A DNA stretch of 64,000 nucleotides from Moniliella sp. 'wahieum' (taxonomy: Eukaryota). The stretch is taken from positions 124,001 to 188,000 of the forward strand of contig RSEE01000051.1 of NCBI GenBank assembly GCA_003971905.1. Direction: 5' to 3'. A program made the position numbers and the translations under genes. Every line of letters begins with the position of its first letter. Within the stretch, counting starts at the first letter, position 1. Under the pieces are notes generated by a model. That model was given only the letters and a program-made list of their open reading frames with translations. It had not been told where the DNA came from and searched no databases. Of the stretch, positions 36,501 through 49,400 are shown piece by piece.

Positions 36501-38253
36501 GGTACGACAGGAGGAGAGGAGGAGGGAAGAGTGGGAAGCAAAGCAGGTTTCCCCCCCGGCTGGGACTGGACTGTCCAAGTGCGGCTTGGATGCCACCGTT
36601 AACAGGGGCGCAAGCCACCACGCCCCCAGGCAACGTGAGGAGAGAGCGGATGTCCCTGCACTCCCGGGCGCAGGCGGGGCATAATCAGGCGCCGCGCGCA
36701 CGCCCCCGCTCAAGTCCCCATCAAACAAATGGTCCAAGCTGATCTGGGCTGCAGTTCGTGCTCCGTCGAGACCGAGACTAAAAAAACCGGCGTTCGCTTG
36801 GACGCTACTCGATGACTCGGGAACAAACTGGACAAAGGAGCTGGTTTGGGCCGAAGGCAGTAAAGTGAGAGGCGAACCGTGATGGGTGCTGGGTGAAGAT
36901 GGTACTTTCATAACCAGAGCTGTGTAGCCCTGGACCAAGGAGGGGGGAACCCGGTCTACCCCCGCTAGTGCGCGGAGTACGAGGCGGCCATGCTCCATCC
37001 GCATTAGCACGTCCGGCGTGTCGGAGGTGAAGTACTCGAGGCGCTTGATCCGAGTGCGCAAAGTGTCAGCCCAAGTGGGACCTTGGGCTACCTTGGCAGG
37101 TTCCGGCGCTGTGGGCTCAGGCGCTACGCCCAATTCCAGAGCCGTGAGCTGGCCTTGCAACCGCTGAATGCATGCCGTCCCTGCGGCCGACAGGGCGCCC
37201 GCATCCAGGTAGAGCGTCCCGATTGGTGTAGGGTCGGGGGTGTCCGGGACAAGGGTGTTTGGGGTGAAGGAAGCGCGGTCAACCGCAGCAACGAGTGCAA
37301 GCTGGCCAGGCTGATCGAGGACCGGCGTGTAGAAACGCAAGGTACCATCACGCGTGTATACCACGAGGACAGGCTGGGCCAGAGAACGCGTGGGAGCCAG
37401 CCATTCGCGATGGGTATCCAGGGCAGATGGTGGGGTACGCCAATGGACTCGTTGCACAGAGCGGGAAAGAACGATGCGTTGACGAAAGACGGGGTCTAGT
37501 GGAATTGCTTCATACGAGCCGTTCCGAGGAGGGGGGAGGGACCAGATCAAGACCCTACGATCCGCCTCGAGCGTCGCAGCCAGATGACCGCCATCGGGTG
37601 AGACGCGGACCGAAGCGATGGGTTTGGAAGATGGTCCGCGTGGGGAAGGGACGCGCCATGGGTGATGGATCCACGTGTGGGCGGGTGGAGGGGGTAAAAA
37701 AAAGAGGCAGACCTCGCCCGTGCTTGTGCCGACAAATAGAGAGGTGCGGAAGGCATCGAGTGCCGTCACGCTGCTTCCAGCTGGGAGGGATAGCGAGGAG
37801 TGGGCGGTCCAACGGCGCACATGGCGGCTACCGGGTGCATGGGAGCGCCACACGGATACATGCCTACCGCGCCCGGCGAAGAGAAGCACGGTATGGGAGT
37901 CTGGATCGGGCTGACAAGAGCGCGACTGTGCTGACCGGTGGTGGTGGCGATGAGCCAGCGGGATCGGGGGCGGAGGGGGCAGCAACAGGCAGAGCCACCT
38001 GCAGAGTCCCATCGGCTTGGTCCAGGACTTGAACCTCGTCAGCCCCGACCGAAGCAATCACCACTTCAGCCGCCGTGGCGCGGCCGGGGCGGATGAGGGG
38101 CAGGGCAGCAAAGGTGTGGGCAGCACGAGCAGCACGGGCCAGCGGGGTCTGGCGCAGGTCCAGTGCGCCAAGACGAGTGCCAGCGAGGGCGAGATGAGGC
38201 ACATGTGCCGGGAGCGCAGGCGCGGTGGGAGAGGAGGCGGCCGCGTCGACCAT
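33578..38253 (-). CDS. RAV1: RAVE complex subunit Rav1 (rabconnectin-3/DmX-like, WD40 + Rav1p_C)
   Basis: WD-like N-terminus; CSLFYFALG, LWRQASWHPEQTKMITFLSKDF..PRWRAAAAKNAY, FAASFFML, DAVNVC..QL.DLHLALALCRV; ends FDFSSFGF*. Confidence 0.9.
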
Positions 38254-38964
38254 GGGCACAGAGGTGTTGTCGTTGTCGTCGTTGTTGCTGTCGGCGGCGG
38301 TGGCGGGGGAGCGGGACAAGAGTGGCTGAGCTTGATCTCGAGCAAGGCATTGCATTCGTCGGGAAGCATGATGATGGTCATGCATCGTGCGGGACTATTG
38401 CAGTGGCCCTTGGTCCTAAGTTGAAAGTTCAAGTTGAACCTTTGGCCGCAGCCCATCGGTGCGCCACCAAAAGCCCAGCCACACAGGCAGACACTCTGCA
38501 ATACACCTTGAGCATATGCCTAGTACGGTGTTGGCAGTCGTGCTGGATGCTTTCACATAATATGACCAGGTGATGGGTTCCTACAGTGCGTCTGGAGGAG
38601 AGGGAGTAGTGGTAAAAGGTGGATTGATATTGTGGGTGGCACGGTGACACTTCATATTTTTTCTAGAGATCTTAACCTTGGCGTTAATGAAATGTAGAAA
38701 TGCTGGGACCCATAAACGTGCACCAGCACGCTAACCCACACGAGCCAAGAAGAGAAGCTGAGCATGGGTTGGCTACGCTCTGACTACTTCTCAAGCCTCC
38801 TCCCTGGTTCTCTGCTAATACACAAACACAACAACGACCTCCTCGATTGGAAAAATCCCTTTACAGGACGACGGCAAGAGAGCATCGGTGGAGTGGTGAG
38901 GGACAGGGACTAGAATACAGAGGCGGTGTGGATTCTAGGTTCCCGTCGTGTGACACGGGCGGGT

Positions 38965-39244
38965 TTAGGCCAGGGGGCTGATAAGTCTGTGGTAAAAGGG
39001 TGGTTAGCAGGCAAGCGTGCAACGGTACGAAACGGGGGCACACCTACTTCATCAGGCTGGGCTGGGGGACGGAGCGGGTGTAGCCAACGTAGAGAACGAA
39101 GGGGATCCAGCCATAGTGGAGGATGCTCTTGCCGGTCTCAATGAAGCGCGAGATGTAGTCCTAAAGGGGGGTGGCACAGTGAGCGTGGGGCAGCTCAGGC
39201 GTAAGAACGACACATACCTTCTGGTCCTCAGACAGGAAAGCCAT
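38965..39244 (-). CDS. TOM7: Mitochondrial import receptor subunit Tom7 (3 exons; absent from the ORF track)
   Basis: Spliced product MAFLSEDQKDYISRFIETGKSILHYGWIPFVLYVGYTRSVPQPSLMKLISPLA*, with GT..AG introns. Confidence 0.92.
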
Positions 39245-39599
39245 GGCGAAGTGGTGGTGGGGGAGGGGCTGATGCCCTGGGCGATGCCCAGCCTGGCGCA
39301 GCATGAGAATCCCCGAGGTGGCCAAAAATTAGTTCCGCCCGGCGGAGGATTGGAAGCACTGCATGGGGGCAGTCAGCACGTGTGAACCATGTATCGGTGC
39401 TCGCCGTGCTCCGTCAGACTCACCCCCGCCCACGCCTTCCGCCGCTCACCGGTCACGTGGCATTCAGCCGGCCCAGCGGACCAGCGCCGAGGCTCCACCT
39501 CATCGTGTCCGCATGGTTGGCGCGCGTGGCTCACTCCCGTCCCACCATCCTCACCCTCTCCACTACCGTCTCCGTCTCCCTCCTCCTTTCTCCATCACA

Positions 39600-40178
39600 A
39601 TGGTACGTCTTCTGCTTCGTTCTGCATGGTGTGCTTGTGTGCTGACATGCGTCCCCTCTTCCCTTCCGTACAGGCTGACGCTAAGGCTTCCGGTGCCCAA
39701 CCCAATCTCGCCGCTCTGGCGGCCAGCAAGTCCTCTGCGGTGCGGTACGTTTGTGCTTTTGTCGTTACGCCCGTCTGTTCTAACATGTGCTGTTTCTCTT
39801 TCCACCTTAGCCGGAGGGCAGCCCAGCAGGCCGCCAACCGCCCGAACAGCACGCGTGCTGCTGGCGCCGGCGGCAGCTCCAACACCATGCTCAGGCTCTA
39901 CACACGACGACAACATTGGTCTTGTCATGTGCGTTCATCCCCCCGCCCCTCCCCACCCTCCCCTCCTCTATATGCGCATGACCTTTGTACTGACTGTCCT
40001 ACATCAGCGACCCTGTCGTTGTCCTTGGCCTGTCGGTCGCCTTCGTCTTCTCTGTCGTGCTACTGCACCTGATGGGTCGTGCCGCATCTTACTTCACCAA
40101 GGCTTAAACCTGTCCAGGTGGGGCTCAAGATTGCCTGCCCTCACTTGGCCACGTGCCACGCTCGGCACAGGGCCTTGA
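39600..40178 (+). CDS. SBH1: Sec61 translocon beta subunit (multi-exon, ATG-only first exon)
   Basis: Spliced MADAKASGAQPNLAALAASKSSAVRRR...AGAGGSSNTMLRLYT.DNIGLVIDPVVVLGLSVAFVFSVVLLHL; 3' end uncertain. Confidence 0.9.
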   Translation: MVRLLLRSAWCACVLTCVPSSLPYRLTLRLPVPNPISPLWRPASPLRCGTFVLLSLRPSVLTCAVSLSTLAGGQPSRPPTARTARVLLAPAAAPTPCSGSTHDDNIGLVMCVHPPAPPHPPLLYMRMTFVLTVLHQRPCRCPWPVGRLRLLCRATAPDGSCRILLHQGLNLSRWGSRLPALTWPRATLGTGP

Positions 40179-40839
40179 TGTATTCGGTGTCAGTCTTCGT
40201 CAACATCCATAAGGGACACTGGGTGCACTGTACTGTCTTTGTGTTGGCCGCCCTCCTACACATATAGCCCGGAAACGTCATACGTGTTCTGACCCCCCGA
40301 ACTTTTAGGCTATCTCTGTGGTTGATGGGGGGAAGCAGGATCGCTGTCCTAAGGGCGCATGTGTGAGTAGACATGGAGGCAGGCCACAGTTCCTTCCTCC
40401 TGGGGCGACTGGGACTGGTCGTGCGGTAAGAAGTAAAGGGAGTGCGGCAAGGGCAGACGCAAAAGTACCCACAGCTCCCACCCTTTCAGCCCCTGGCATG
40501 AGGGCCTGAGATGGAGGCCTTACAGCGGACTGCGGCCTCAACTTGGGCCTCAAGCTGCCCAAGGTGCACACCAGTCTGAGAAGCGGCAAGAGCCAATCCC
40601 AATGTCGCTCTGTCTTCGGTCTTCGTCCAAAGCTCAACGTTTCAGCCCTGCATTATGTAACGGCTGCCTTTCGCCTGCATTTTTTCGCGTGTCGCTTTTA
40701 TCCGCCTGGCTCCCTCGGCCGTCGAGGAGCTCGACAGCAGCGCGGCTACCTCCTCTTCCACCCCCACCTTGATTCCTTCCTCCTCCTCTAGCCCGCTCGA
40801 TTACCGCAACGGGGCAGCGGACGGGGCAGCGCAGCGGAC

Positions 40840-41611
40840 ATGTTCGTTCTCTCCACCATCGAGGACGTAATCGCCGCGCCCGCATCGGCCCAGCGCTTGT
40901 CCCCTTACGACGCGATTGTGACCTCGATCAACGAACAGTATGCAACCGCGTGATTGCTGGCGTGGGCCTCTGTGTGTGTGTACACGACGTGCTCTCGTCC
41001 GGCGTGGGCAAAGTGCGCTGGGGCGATGGAAAACTCTACTACCATACCCAATTCCGCTCGTCGTCTTTCGTCCCGCCATCGGGGAAGTCCTGGTCGGCCG
41101 CATCTCTCACGTCGACCCCCACGGCATCAAAGTCAGTCTCGGCTTCTTTGACGACATTCTCATCCCAGCTGGTTTCATTCCCACGCCACGCGCGTACGAT
41201 CATTCGGAAAATGCTTGGTTTTGGGCACCCACAGCCGCCGTCGACGACGCGGCCGACGAAGCCTTGGATGCTGCTCTTGATGGGAACAACGAAATGGCCG
41301 CCTTGGACGTGCCAAAGGAAGAGCGCGCCTATCTTGGCCGCGGAGAAATCCTTCGCTTCCGCGTAGAGGCTGAAGAGTTTCCAGAGGATAGCCAGGTGCA
41401 CCAAAACCTCAAGAGGGAGAAGCACCAACGCGGCAGTCGCCCTACATCATTACGGTACGTCATGTCTGCCCCCCCCCCCCCCCCCCCCTTTTCCCCTTTT
41501 CCCCTTTCCCCCCTCCCTATTTTCCACGCTGACTGGGTCCTTCTAGGGCGGCATTTCCTCCTCTGGTCTTGGAAGCCCATTATGGTGGGAGAATGCAGAG
41601 GATCGAGGTAG
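40840..41611 (+). CDS. RPC25: RNA polymerase III subunit C25/RPC8
   Basis: MFVLSTIED..INEQYANRVIAGVGLCVCVHD, VVFRPAIGEVLVGRI, VSLGFFDDILIP, ILRFRVEAEEF, terminal GLGSPLWW after an intron. Confidence 0.9.
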
Positions 41612-42078
41612 AGGCTTAACCTGCTTTCTGGGCCTTCGCATCGGGCTTGCTCAGCATGTTGACAGTAGACAAAATTGTACTCCAAACGAAACTAGCATTT
41701 TACCTGAGGCAATCTTTACATCCGGCTTCTCTCTGCACTTTCGGAATGGAAATATACTCTCTTCCGAATGGGGAGAAAACAAGAGTAGGCTGAAGAAGAG
41801 AATGCTGGATCTTCCATGATGCACCTTGGAAGATGTTAGGCCAAAGAGGTGCGAACGTTTGATAGACAGGATACGGGGGGGGAGAACTACATATACCTTC
41901 TGTTCACCAGAAGAAAGGTGGAATTACAAATGGCAATCCATGACCAGCAGGGAAGACGACAAAAAGGAACATGCGACCAGCGCAGCCAAAAACAGGACAA
42001 ATACAGTGCGCCCGGCACATGATGGGAGAAGGACGACGTTAAACAAAGAATTTAAGGGGTGCATATATCCAGGCACAA

Positions 42079-43463
42079 TCAGCACTTGGCCAAGTTGTAG
42101 TCGCCCAGTTGCTTGGTGATCCATCCGGAGGTCAACCCACTTTCGTATGATCCGGGATCATTTCCCTCGATGCGATACGCCCACATCGACCATCCCGCAG
42201 CCGAAGTCTCAAAGACAGAGGCCTGGGTCTGAAATGCGGATTGGAGGAAGGGATACGTGGGGAGGGGAGCAGACCAACAGTTTGGGCAAGACGGCATGCT
42301 CATAGAAAACTCCCCGACCAGGACGGGGTACTTGCTTTTGTTGAGAAGGTTTTGGTAAGAGCACACCTCGCTCATCGCAGCACCTTGAGTGTAAGGAATG
42401 CCAGATGAACGGCCCAGGTTGGCATTGTAGTACTGAAGATAGGCATGGGTGTCAATCATAACGTTGGACCAACTTTGTTGCCCAAAATCTGGTTCCATTG
42501 CGAGAGAGGGATGAATCCATCTGCAAGAACGACCGTCATATCGTTCGCGGCTACCTGACGAATGGCGGCGTATGCGTCGTGGTAGTATTGAACCACATAA
42601 TCCAGCAGCTGATCCGAACGGTCGCACAGCGGCTCGTTGATCACCTCAATCATTGTCACCGTATCTTTAAACTCAGGCTGAGAGAATTCCTGGGCAATGT
42701 CCTTGAGCACAGCCACGGCCCTGGGCATTGACAGGTGAATCCTGGAAGTTGAACGTGTTCTTGGTGTGGCCCGATGTGTCAAATCCGTTCTGCGACCCGG
42801 GCACGCCGTGTAGGTCAATCAACACCTCCAGGCCGTACTTCTTGGCCCACTGGATTCCACGCTCAAGATAGGCCGTTTGGTTGGAAATGATATAGGGTTC
42901 GTTGGCACTGTCCTTGTCCCACATCCAGTACCCGACTGGGATGCGAACCAAGTTGAGTCCCGCTTGACTCATCTGCTCAAAATCGTCCTCTTGCACCCAA
43001 CTATCCCAATGAGCTTGGAGGATGGGGACCGCCTTATCGTGCGACACGTATTGTCCCAAAGTCCACTCATCCACCACACGCGAGTCGCCAAACTGACTAA
43101 AGCGGACGGACTCATCCACGACTCGAGAACAAACCAGCCACCCAAGTTCACTCCACGGTACTTCTTACCACCCCGTTTCTGCTGAGATGAAGGTGAGGAG
43201 TGCTGCGCCTTCTCAGGGTAACTCGGCCGGCCGAGCACCTTGGCTTTGACGGAAGATCCTTGACTTTGGGGGACGCCCACGGCGGGACGGGCGTGGCCCG
43301 AGAGACGGTTATGGTATGGAGCAGTCACGTTGGGGTACACAGCCTTGGCTCTACGCAAGTGGCTGGGACGACGAAGCAGATGCTTCTGGTGAGCATAGGC
43401 GGTGGTGGCACAGGAGAGAATGATGGCAAGGGTGGAGAGCCAGAAGAGGTGTTTGGCAAACAT
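42079..43463 (-). CDS. Secreted GH5 exo-beta-1,3-glucanase (EXG1-like)
   Basis: Signal peptide; RGVNLGGWFVLESWM, VDEWTL, GLNLVRIPVGYW, IDLHGVPGSQNGFDTSG, INEP, DTHAY, VGEFS. Confidence 0.92.
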
Positions 43464-44342
43464 GCTGCAGGGTCGTGTGGCGTTGGAAAAAAGAAAGTGA
43501 TGGTCTCGCAGTACGATTGAGAATGGAAAAAAGGAAGAGAGAATATCGATCTCTGGAGAGTGCGGACTGTTGGAGAGGGTAGGGAGGGGGCGAAGGGGCG
43601 AGAGAGGGGGGAAGGGCGACGCCACTCACACTTGAGCCAGCTCTTGGTGGGAGACACTTGGTTGGGTATATCTGTGTGTGGGTTGAGGGGAGAGCAGGGG
43701 GGAAGGGGGGAGGGGAAGAAGGGGGGGGGGGGACGGGAAAACTGGTGGACGCAAAGGAAAAGGGGTGAGGAAGGTGGTGGCAATACGAAAGATAGACGGC
43801 TGTCTGTTATATTGGGCATCCTGACACGTGTGTGGCTGGCATGATACTAACTGTCCGAACGAGTGTCGCCGGCAAGGGCTGGAGACAGGAGCTCGGATGA
43901 TCGATGAACGTCGAATACGCTGAAGAACACCACATGTGGGACCCCGCCACCGGGCTGCCGGCACGGCAATGCAGCGAACAGCACTGGAGCAGTTGCCTCT
44001 GTCGAGCTCTGGGGTTGCCGGGTGTGGACAGCAGAGAGCTCTGAAGACAGGCCAGCTCGACCGAAACCAAAAATGGGCCCGCAGCAGCACCGCCTGTCTC
44101 TCTCCATTGGCTGCATATGAGCTAAAGAGGCGTATTGGGATAAGCGGTGAGTGCAAGCAGAAATACTCACTTCCATCTCTCTCATCTCATCATCGACACC
44201 ATCATCCTCTCTTGGCCCCTTCCCTGCAGACGCCACCACCACTATTATAAAATGCAGTATTGCAGCCATCGATTATATAGGCACCACTGACCCTGCTGCC
44301 ATGTTCATGTTATTGGATGACAGTGACTCGGGCTAGAGCACC

Positions 44343-44480
44343 ATGATGCATGATGCATGACACGATGACGTGTATGGTGCACATCTCTGTGTGGAGCACA
44401 CAGAGCCGCGCAGAGCTTTACTGCACAGTCCTGTTCTTGACGATATTCTCCCACATCATGCATCATGCATCATGCATCAT
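44343..44480. repeat. Inverted heptamer arrays enclosing a hairpin
   Basis: ATGATGCATGATGCATGA (44343-44360) is the exact reverse complement of TCATGCATCATGCATCAT (44463-44480); internal CTCTGTGTG-GAG-CACACAGAG at 44385-44405. Confidence 0.8.
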
Positions 44481-45428
44481 TTACTATAGCGTCACCGGCA
44501 CCTCCAATTGACACAGAGTGGTAGGAGCTGCCGAAAGGTACTAGTGACAGTTGACTCGATCTGATTTAGGTGGTCACGCAGTTGACCCAACGGTGACTGC
44601 GGTTGTGACGGTGGCGACGGTAGCGACGGTAGCCCAGCACCCAAAAACTGGGACGTATAATAGACCCCCGGTGTGGTCTCCGAGTGACTCTCGAGAGACT
44701 AATATTCACTGATGAGAGTCATTTGGCCGATCAGTTCGCAGTCGATCCCATGCACAGGTGATCACAGCTGTGGGCGATTGTGACATGTGAACTCTGGGAG
44801 AGAGCACAACGGAGAGGACGAGGTAGAAACGGAAGAACCAGAGGCTTTGTGCGCTGCCGGCAACTCCGTCTTTCTGGGTGTGGCTATGTGGCGTATAAAC
44901 GCGAACCGGGCGAAGGCGCAGCTCCAGCGCCAGGCCAGTCTTCAAGCTTCAACGCACAACCCTTGTTTTGCATGTCTCTGAGCACACTGGTAGGGTCCAC
45001 CATAAGGTACACATGCCGCGCGGTATTGACATACCTATGCCATGCTGGGCTATATATTGGCAACCCTCTTCTGTGCCTTTAGTCGGCTGCGCATCGTATC
45101 ACCGACTCGGTCACGTCCCTTCTGGGAACTCGTTTCTTACGTTGACATATGGCATGTCACGCATGTGATACACATGTCACATGTCACACGAGATCTCACG
45201 CTTCTCGAGCTTCAAAAATGAAGAGCAAACAAGAACCTTTTTAGTATCGCAACTCTCTCTGTTGGGGGTATTCGTTGAGAGCACTGGTTACTTTTCATTC
45301 TCATCCAGAGAGGGGGCACATGCAGCACACTAAATAGGCATGGTATGGATGTTCATTTGCCAGAAGTGAACATCGATCACAGCAAGACGCAGACATAGCA
45401 AGAGAAAAACAATTATATATAGTCCAGA

Positions 45429-45576
45429 GGATGGCGAGAACCGGGGGTCTCCTGATATCCTGGCGATCCCAACTGGTTCCTTAACCTTGGTAGCGCTTCC
45501 AAGTAACCCCCGCAAGATGAACGGTTAGGTTTAGATGTAGCGTTCCCCCTGTCCCAGCCTTAAGCTCTGTCAATGA
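45429..45576 (+). mobile_element. 5'-truncated copy (3' terminal ~148 bp) of the CRE-like element at 1-1944
   Basis: Aligns by eye to 1800-1944 with about a dozen differences; both copies stop at CTCTGTCAATGA. Confidence 0.92.
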
Positions 45577-48284
45577 AATGGACGTGGTCCAGAGAGCAAT
45601 AAAACTTACCATGCCCTCTTTCCTTCATTGACGAAGAACGCTCTTCAGACTGTGTAGCATCAAATGTAGAGGGGGTTATGGGGGCAACGACGTGGAGGGA
45701 CGGAAGCGAGCGCTGGCTGAAGCTGGGGTAGGGGGAAGAACGGCAGAGGAAGTAGCCTGCTCCTCTGAGTTCGGTGGGGGGTGGGAAGGGGAGGCAGGCA
45801 GAGTGGTGGGGAGATGAGGAATGATACTGTTCCAGGCGTGTCCCAATCCGTCCGGGTCCCAAACATCCCCATCAAGCAGAAGGGCGAGTGGATCTTGGAT
45901 CGTAGATCTAGTGCTTTTGAGGGAGCTGGGACGACTGTCCATCAACTTGAGACTGGGAGGGGACGCGTACGATGGAGGAGATCGAGCCGAGATGGGGAGA
46001 ACAGCATTGTCGACCGGAGCAACGTTACGAAAGGAACTGGGGGGCTCTGAGGCTGCTGAAGGACCATGGTGGGTACGTTGGTAAGGAAAGAGTGTGCGCT
46101 GGGACGAGAGCGAAAGAGGACGCATCCCACTCGTTGGACGGACCCCCGGGAACGCCGTGGTTTTGCACGAAACAGGGCAAAGACCAAAGCAGACAACAAG
46201 ACGGCCACCCAGATCCCCAAGAGAACACCATTCACGAGCAAATCTGTGTAGAGACCTTGCGATAGGCGTCAACGATTTTGGTGAGGATATCATGAGGGGC
46301 CGAATCAGAAGGGTTCGAACTGCCGGGCGAGTTGCTGTTGGCACCGAGAACAAGAACAGTGGGTGCGACAGTTGGAAGGGTGGCATGGGCATTGTTATGG
46401 ATCCAGGTAAGGGCGTCCTGGATGCCTTCGATCTTCTTTCCGATGATGCAGTAGATAAAGTTTTGCATCGGCTCTGCCAAAGGCGTAGGTGCAAAGGTCT
46501 GGTTCATAATGCCGGACAGGACGTCGGTGATTTCGTTGAGCGTGTTGTTCATCGTCGACGTGCTGGTATTGACCCAGGTAAAAAGGTGGTCATCCAGTTC
46601 GGTTTGAGCGGATGCAATCAGGTTGTTGGTCTGGTTGGCATAATCGGCACTGTCGGCGTACATGGACTGATTGGCCTCGGCCCATGCTTGGGACCACATA
46701 TTATCCGCACCCGAACGAGGCGAACGATTGAGCACCGCGTCCACCACTAAGAGCTGTACTCCAGCCACGAGCATGCCCAGCACGCTTACAGCAAGGAGAA
46801 GAAGCAAAGCAGGATGAGTCATCAATGATACATACCACCCAACCATGGCTCTTCGTTCAGGCCGGCGAGCTCGACCTATACGGCAGATCCAGAGTGAGAG
46901 GCGCGTCGACAACGGATTTTCCGCCGTTGCTGCCAAAGGGCGAAGGAGTGGCCATATAGAACCTGAGGGGATGATTGGCGAAGGCCCAAACGGTTTAGGC
47001 CAATTTGAGAGAATGTCTTGTCAAACGATTTCCACGAAAGAAACTCTTTAGCAGCGAGAAACAGAGCCAGGATCCCTGCCCCGATTGCAAGGCCAATGGC
47101 AAGCCAGCGAAATACATGAGCCACATCCGAGGAAAATGAATCAAGGGGTCGGGCTACATGGGGCGCCATCTGGTCACAAATTTGGACGGGATGATACGTT
47201 GGCCGGGGCAGGTTCGCGGTGAATGTGTAGTTGGTTGTGGGAGTTGATGTCAGACTGGAGTGCATTAAGCGGGGCACGAATGGCAGTATCAAGTTTGTCG
47301 TCAACCTGCTGCATACTCGGCATGGAGCTGTTTATGCGGTGTAGTCCGTCTGTGAAGGATGCGGGCAATGTAACGTTCTTCAAGGCACTGTACACAATAG
47401 AGATGCGTCAGCGGCAAAAACAAGGGGAAAAAGGAGAGAGATACGAAGGCACCACCGCTTCCAGTGGGGAAAACAGGTTGGCTGAAGCCAGAGATTAAAG
47501 GATAGAAGGACATACTCGAGGCTTGGGACGGTGATCTGAGGCGCTTTGACTGACTTGTTTAAGATCTTGAGCAAATCATTCGCCACGTGCACCACGCCTG
47601 CAACAGCATCGTTGATTCCTTTTACACTATCCTGGATTGCAGTACGAATGCCGTTGGCCACCGTGGTAAGGGCCTGGTTGAATAAGTCCAGAGCCGAGGT
47701 GATGACCGATAGGGTGCCCTGCACCAAAAGCACGATAAAGCACAGGAATGTATCCCGATACGAATCAACGATGTATACCAGCACCGCCTCGAGCGCTGTC
47801 ACACTATACCACCGGGATCACTGTCAGTGCCAGCACACAGATACAGGTGACCGTGAGGGGAGCAGAAGAGCGCACCTTAGAATGAGGATGTGACCCACAG
47901 CCCGAACTGCCTCTTGCACCGCCTCTTGGGTGTGAGAGTTGACCTCGGGTGCGGCATAGTAGGCCCAATTCCGCATGCGATCAACCTTTTCTTCCGCCGC
48001 GCTACAACGGCTGACCACTCGTGTTTAGCATCCGCAATGCGCCCGTCCAATTGGGATGATGCGAGTGCGACACGAACAGCGATCAACGTGAGCGCAACGA
48101 GTAAAGGCGACAGTAGAGCCAGGAGAGTTCTCGCGCCAAGCCCCAAATACCAGCCCTGGTACCATTCTGTCGGCTCAGCCGCGTTTTTTTCCGTTAATGA
48201 GGAGATATCGGCCAGATTCGTGTGCGTTTGGCTCGATTTGTTGCCCCGGTCCCAGGAAACTAGATTGGTGGTGGAGGTAGCCAT
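45560..48284 (-). CDS. PRM1: Plasma membrane fusion protein Prm1
   Basis: YLGLGARTLLALLSP, C..AE.., LEAVLVYIVDSYRDTFLCFIVLLVQGTL, LFTWVNTSTSTMNNTLN, FIYCIIGKKIEGIQDALTWIHNNAHATLP; several TM segments; 3' end uncertain. Confidence 0.88.
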
Positions 48285-48715
48285 GCTGGCTGTACCGGTC
48301 AAGGTGTCAGGTGGGAGGTAGAACGGGACAATGGGGAGGCAGGATGCCGTTGTTACACAACAGACTTTAAATTGCCTGGCAATACATGTACCACGCTCGG
48401 ATGCTCCGAGTGACTTTAAAGACGACAGCTGACCGTACAAAGGATGGAGCAGCGGCGTGCCACAGTTAATTGCAAGGCGTCTCGGACGCTCCGAGTGCAA
48501 GCGTGATATTAAGTACAGAAGCCTGAGGTGACCGGTGAGGCAGTGAAGGAGAAATGTGTAGTAGAATCGAAGATAAAAGCTAGCACAAAACACCTCGCTA
48601 ATGACGAAAGGAGATGGTCCAGAATAAGAGAGAAGATATGTATGGAGTGCACCAGCAGTGCCAGCGCGTATGCAAGCCCGTACATATCCTCGCAAGCGGT
48701 GTTGCACCAGGTAAA

Positions 48716-49400
48716 TTAACGAGAAGTGCGTTCAGAAGAGGCAGATATGTGCGATTGGCTGGTATGGGTTGAGGGCATTAGCGGGTGTTGGGTAGCGAAG
48801 GACCGGGAATAATAGGTGTAGGTGGCAACCCCGGCAAGGGAAAGGCACAGCAACAACTTACCACCCTGGGCAAGACGTTGGTGGAAAAGACGGTGGGCCT
48901 CAACAGAGTGGATGGGCACAGCGGGCTGGTCATACAGCACAGCAGGCGGCTGAGGCACGACTGGTGGGTATGGTCGAGTGGGGGGAAGAAACGAGCGGGG
49001 GCTGGGTCGCTGGGGCGGCCGGCCGGCAATGGCGTCAAGCTGACGTTGAGCCTCGCGTGCGCGGAAGGCACGAGCGGGCCAAACACTCGGGGCAGCATGA
49101 CAACGTCGCCTGAGTCGCGGCAGAGGCACTTAGGGAGAAGCATCTGTTACGGGGCTGAGGAAAGTGGGACGAGCGGGGCCAGCAAGGAGGGTGTGGGACC
49201 AGGCGGAAGGGGGAGGACAGGAGGCCGCTGCCGCTGGCGGCGGTGACGCGCCTCGGTGCGGTTGAAGGCATAGAGATGGGCGAGCCCGCTTCGCTCGGCC
49301 TCGGACTGAAAAGAACGCGTACCATGGCCCGCTGGCTTGCACCCCGGGGGCGACGCAGCAGCGCGGGCAGGCGGAAGGGGAGAGGCGCAGTGAACACAGG
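48716..49400 (-). CDS. Hypothetical protein with a C-terminal TM helix
   Basis: Arg/Pro-rich frameshifted ORFs ending ...KLLLCLSLAGVATYTYYS; no family recognised. Confidence 0.3.

Noticed and set aside
38670..38696. CTTAACCTTGG...AATGAAATG resembling the retroelement 3' end
   Set aside because: Two short non-colinear matches, compatible with chance.
43590..43780. G-rich runs upstream of the GH5 gene (similar at 8610-8790)
   Set aside because: Best explained as the CT-rich 5' leaders typical of fungal genes, read on the opposite strand.
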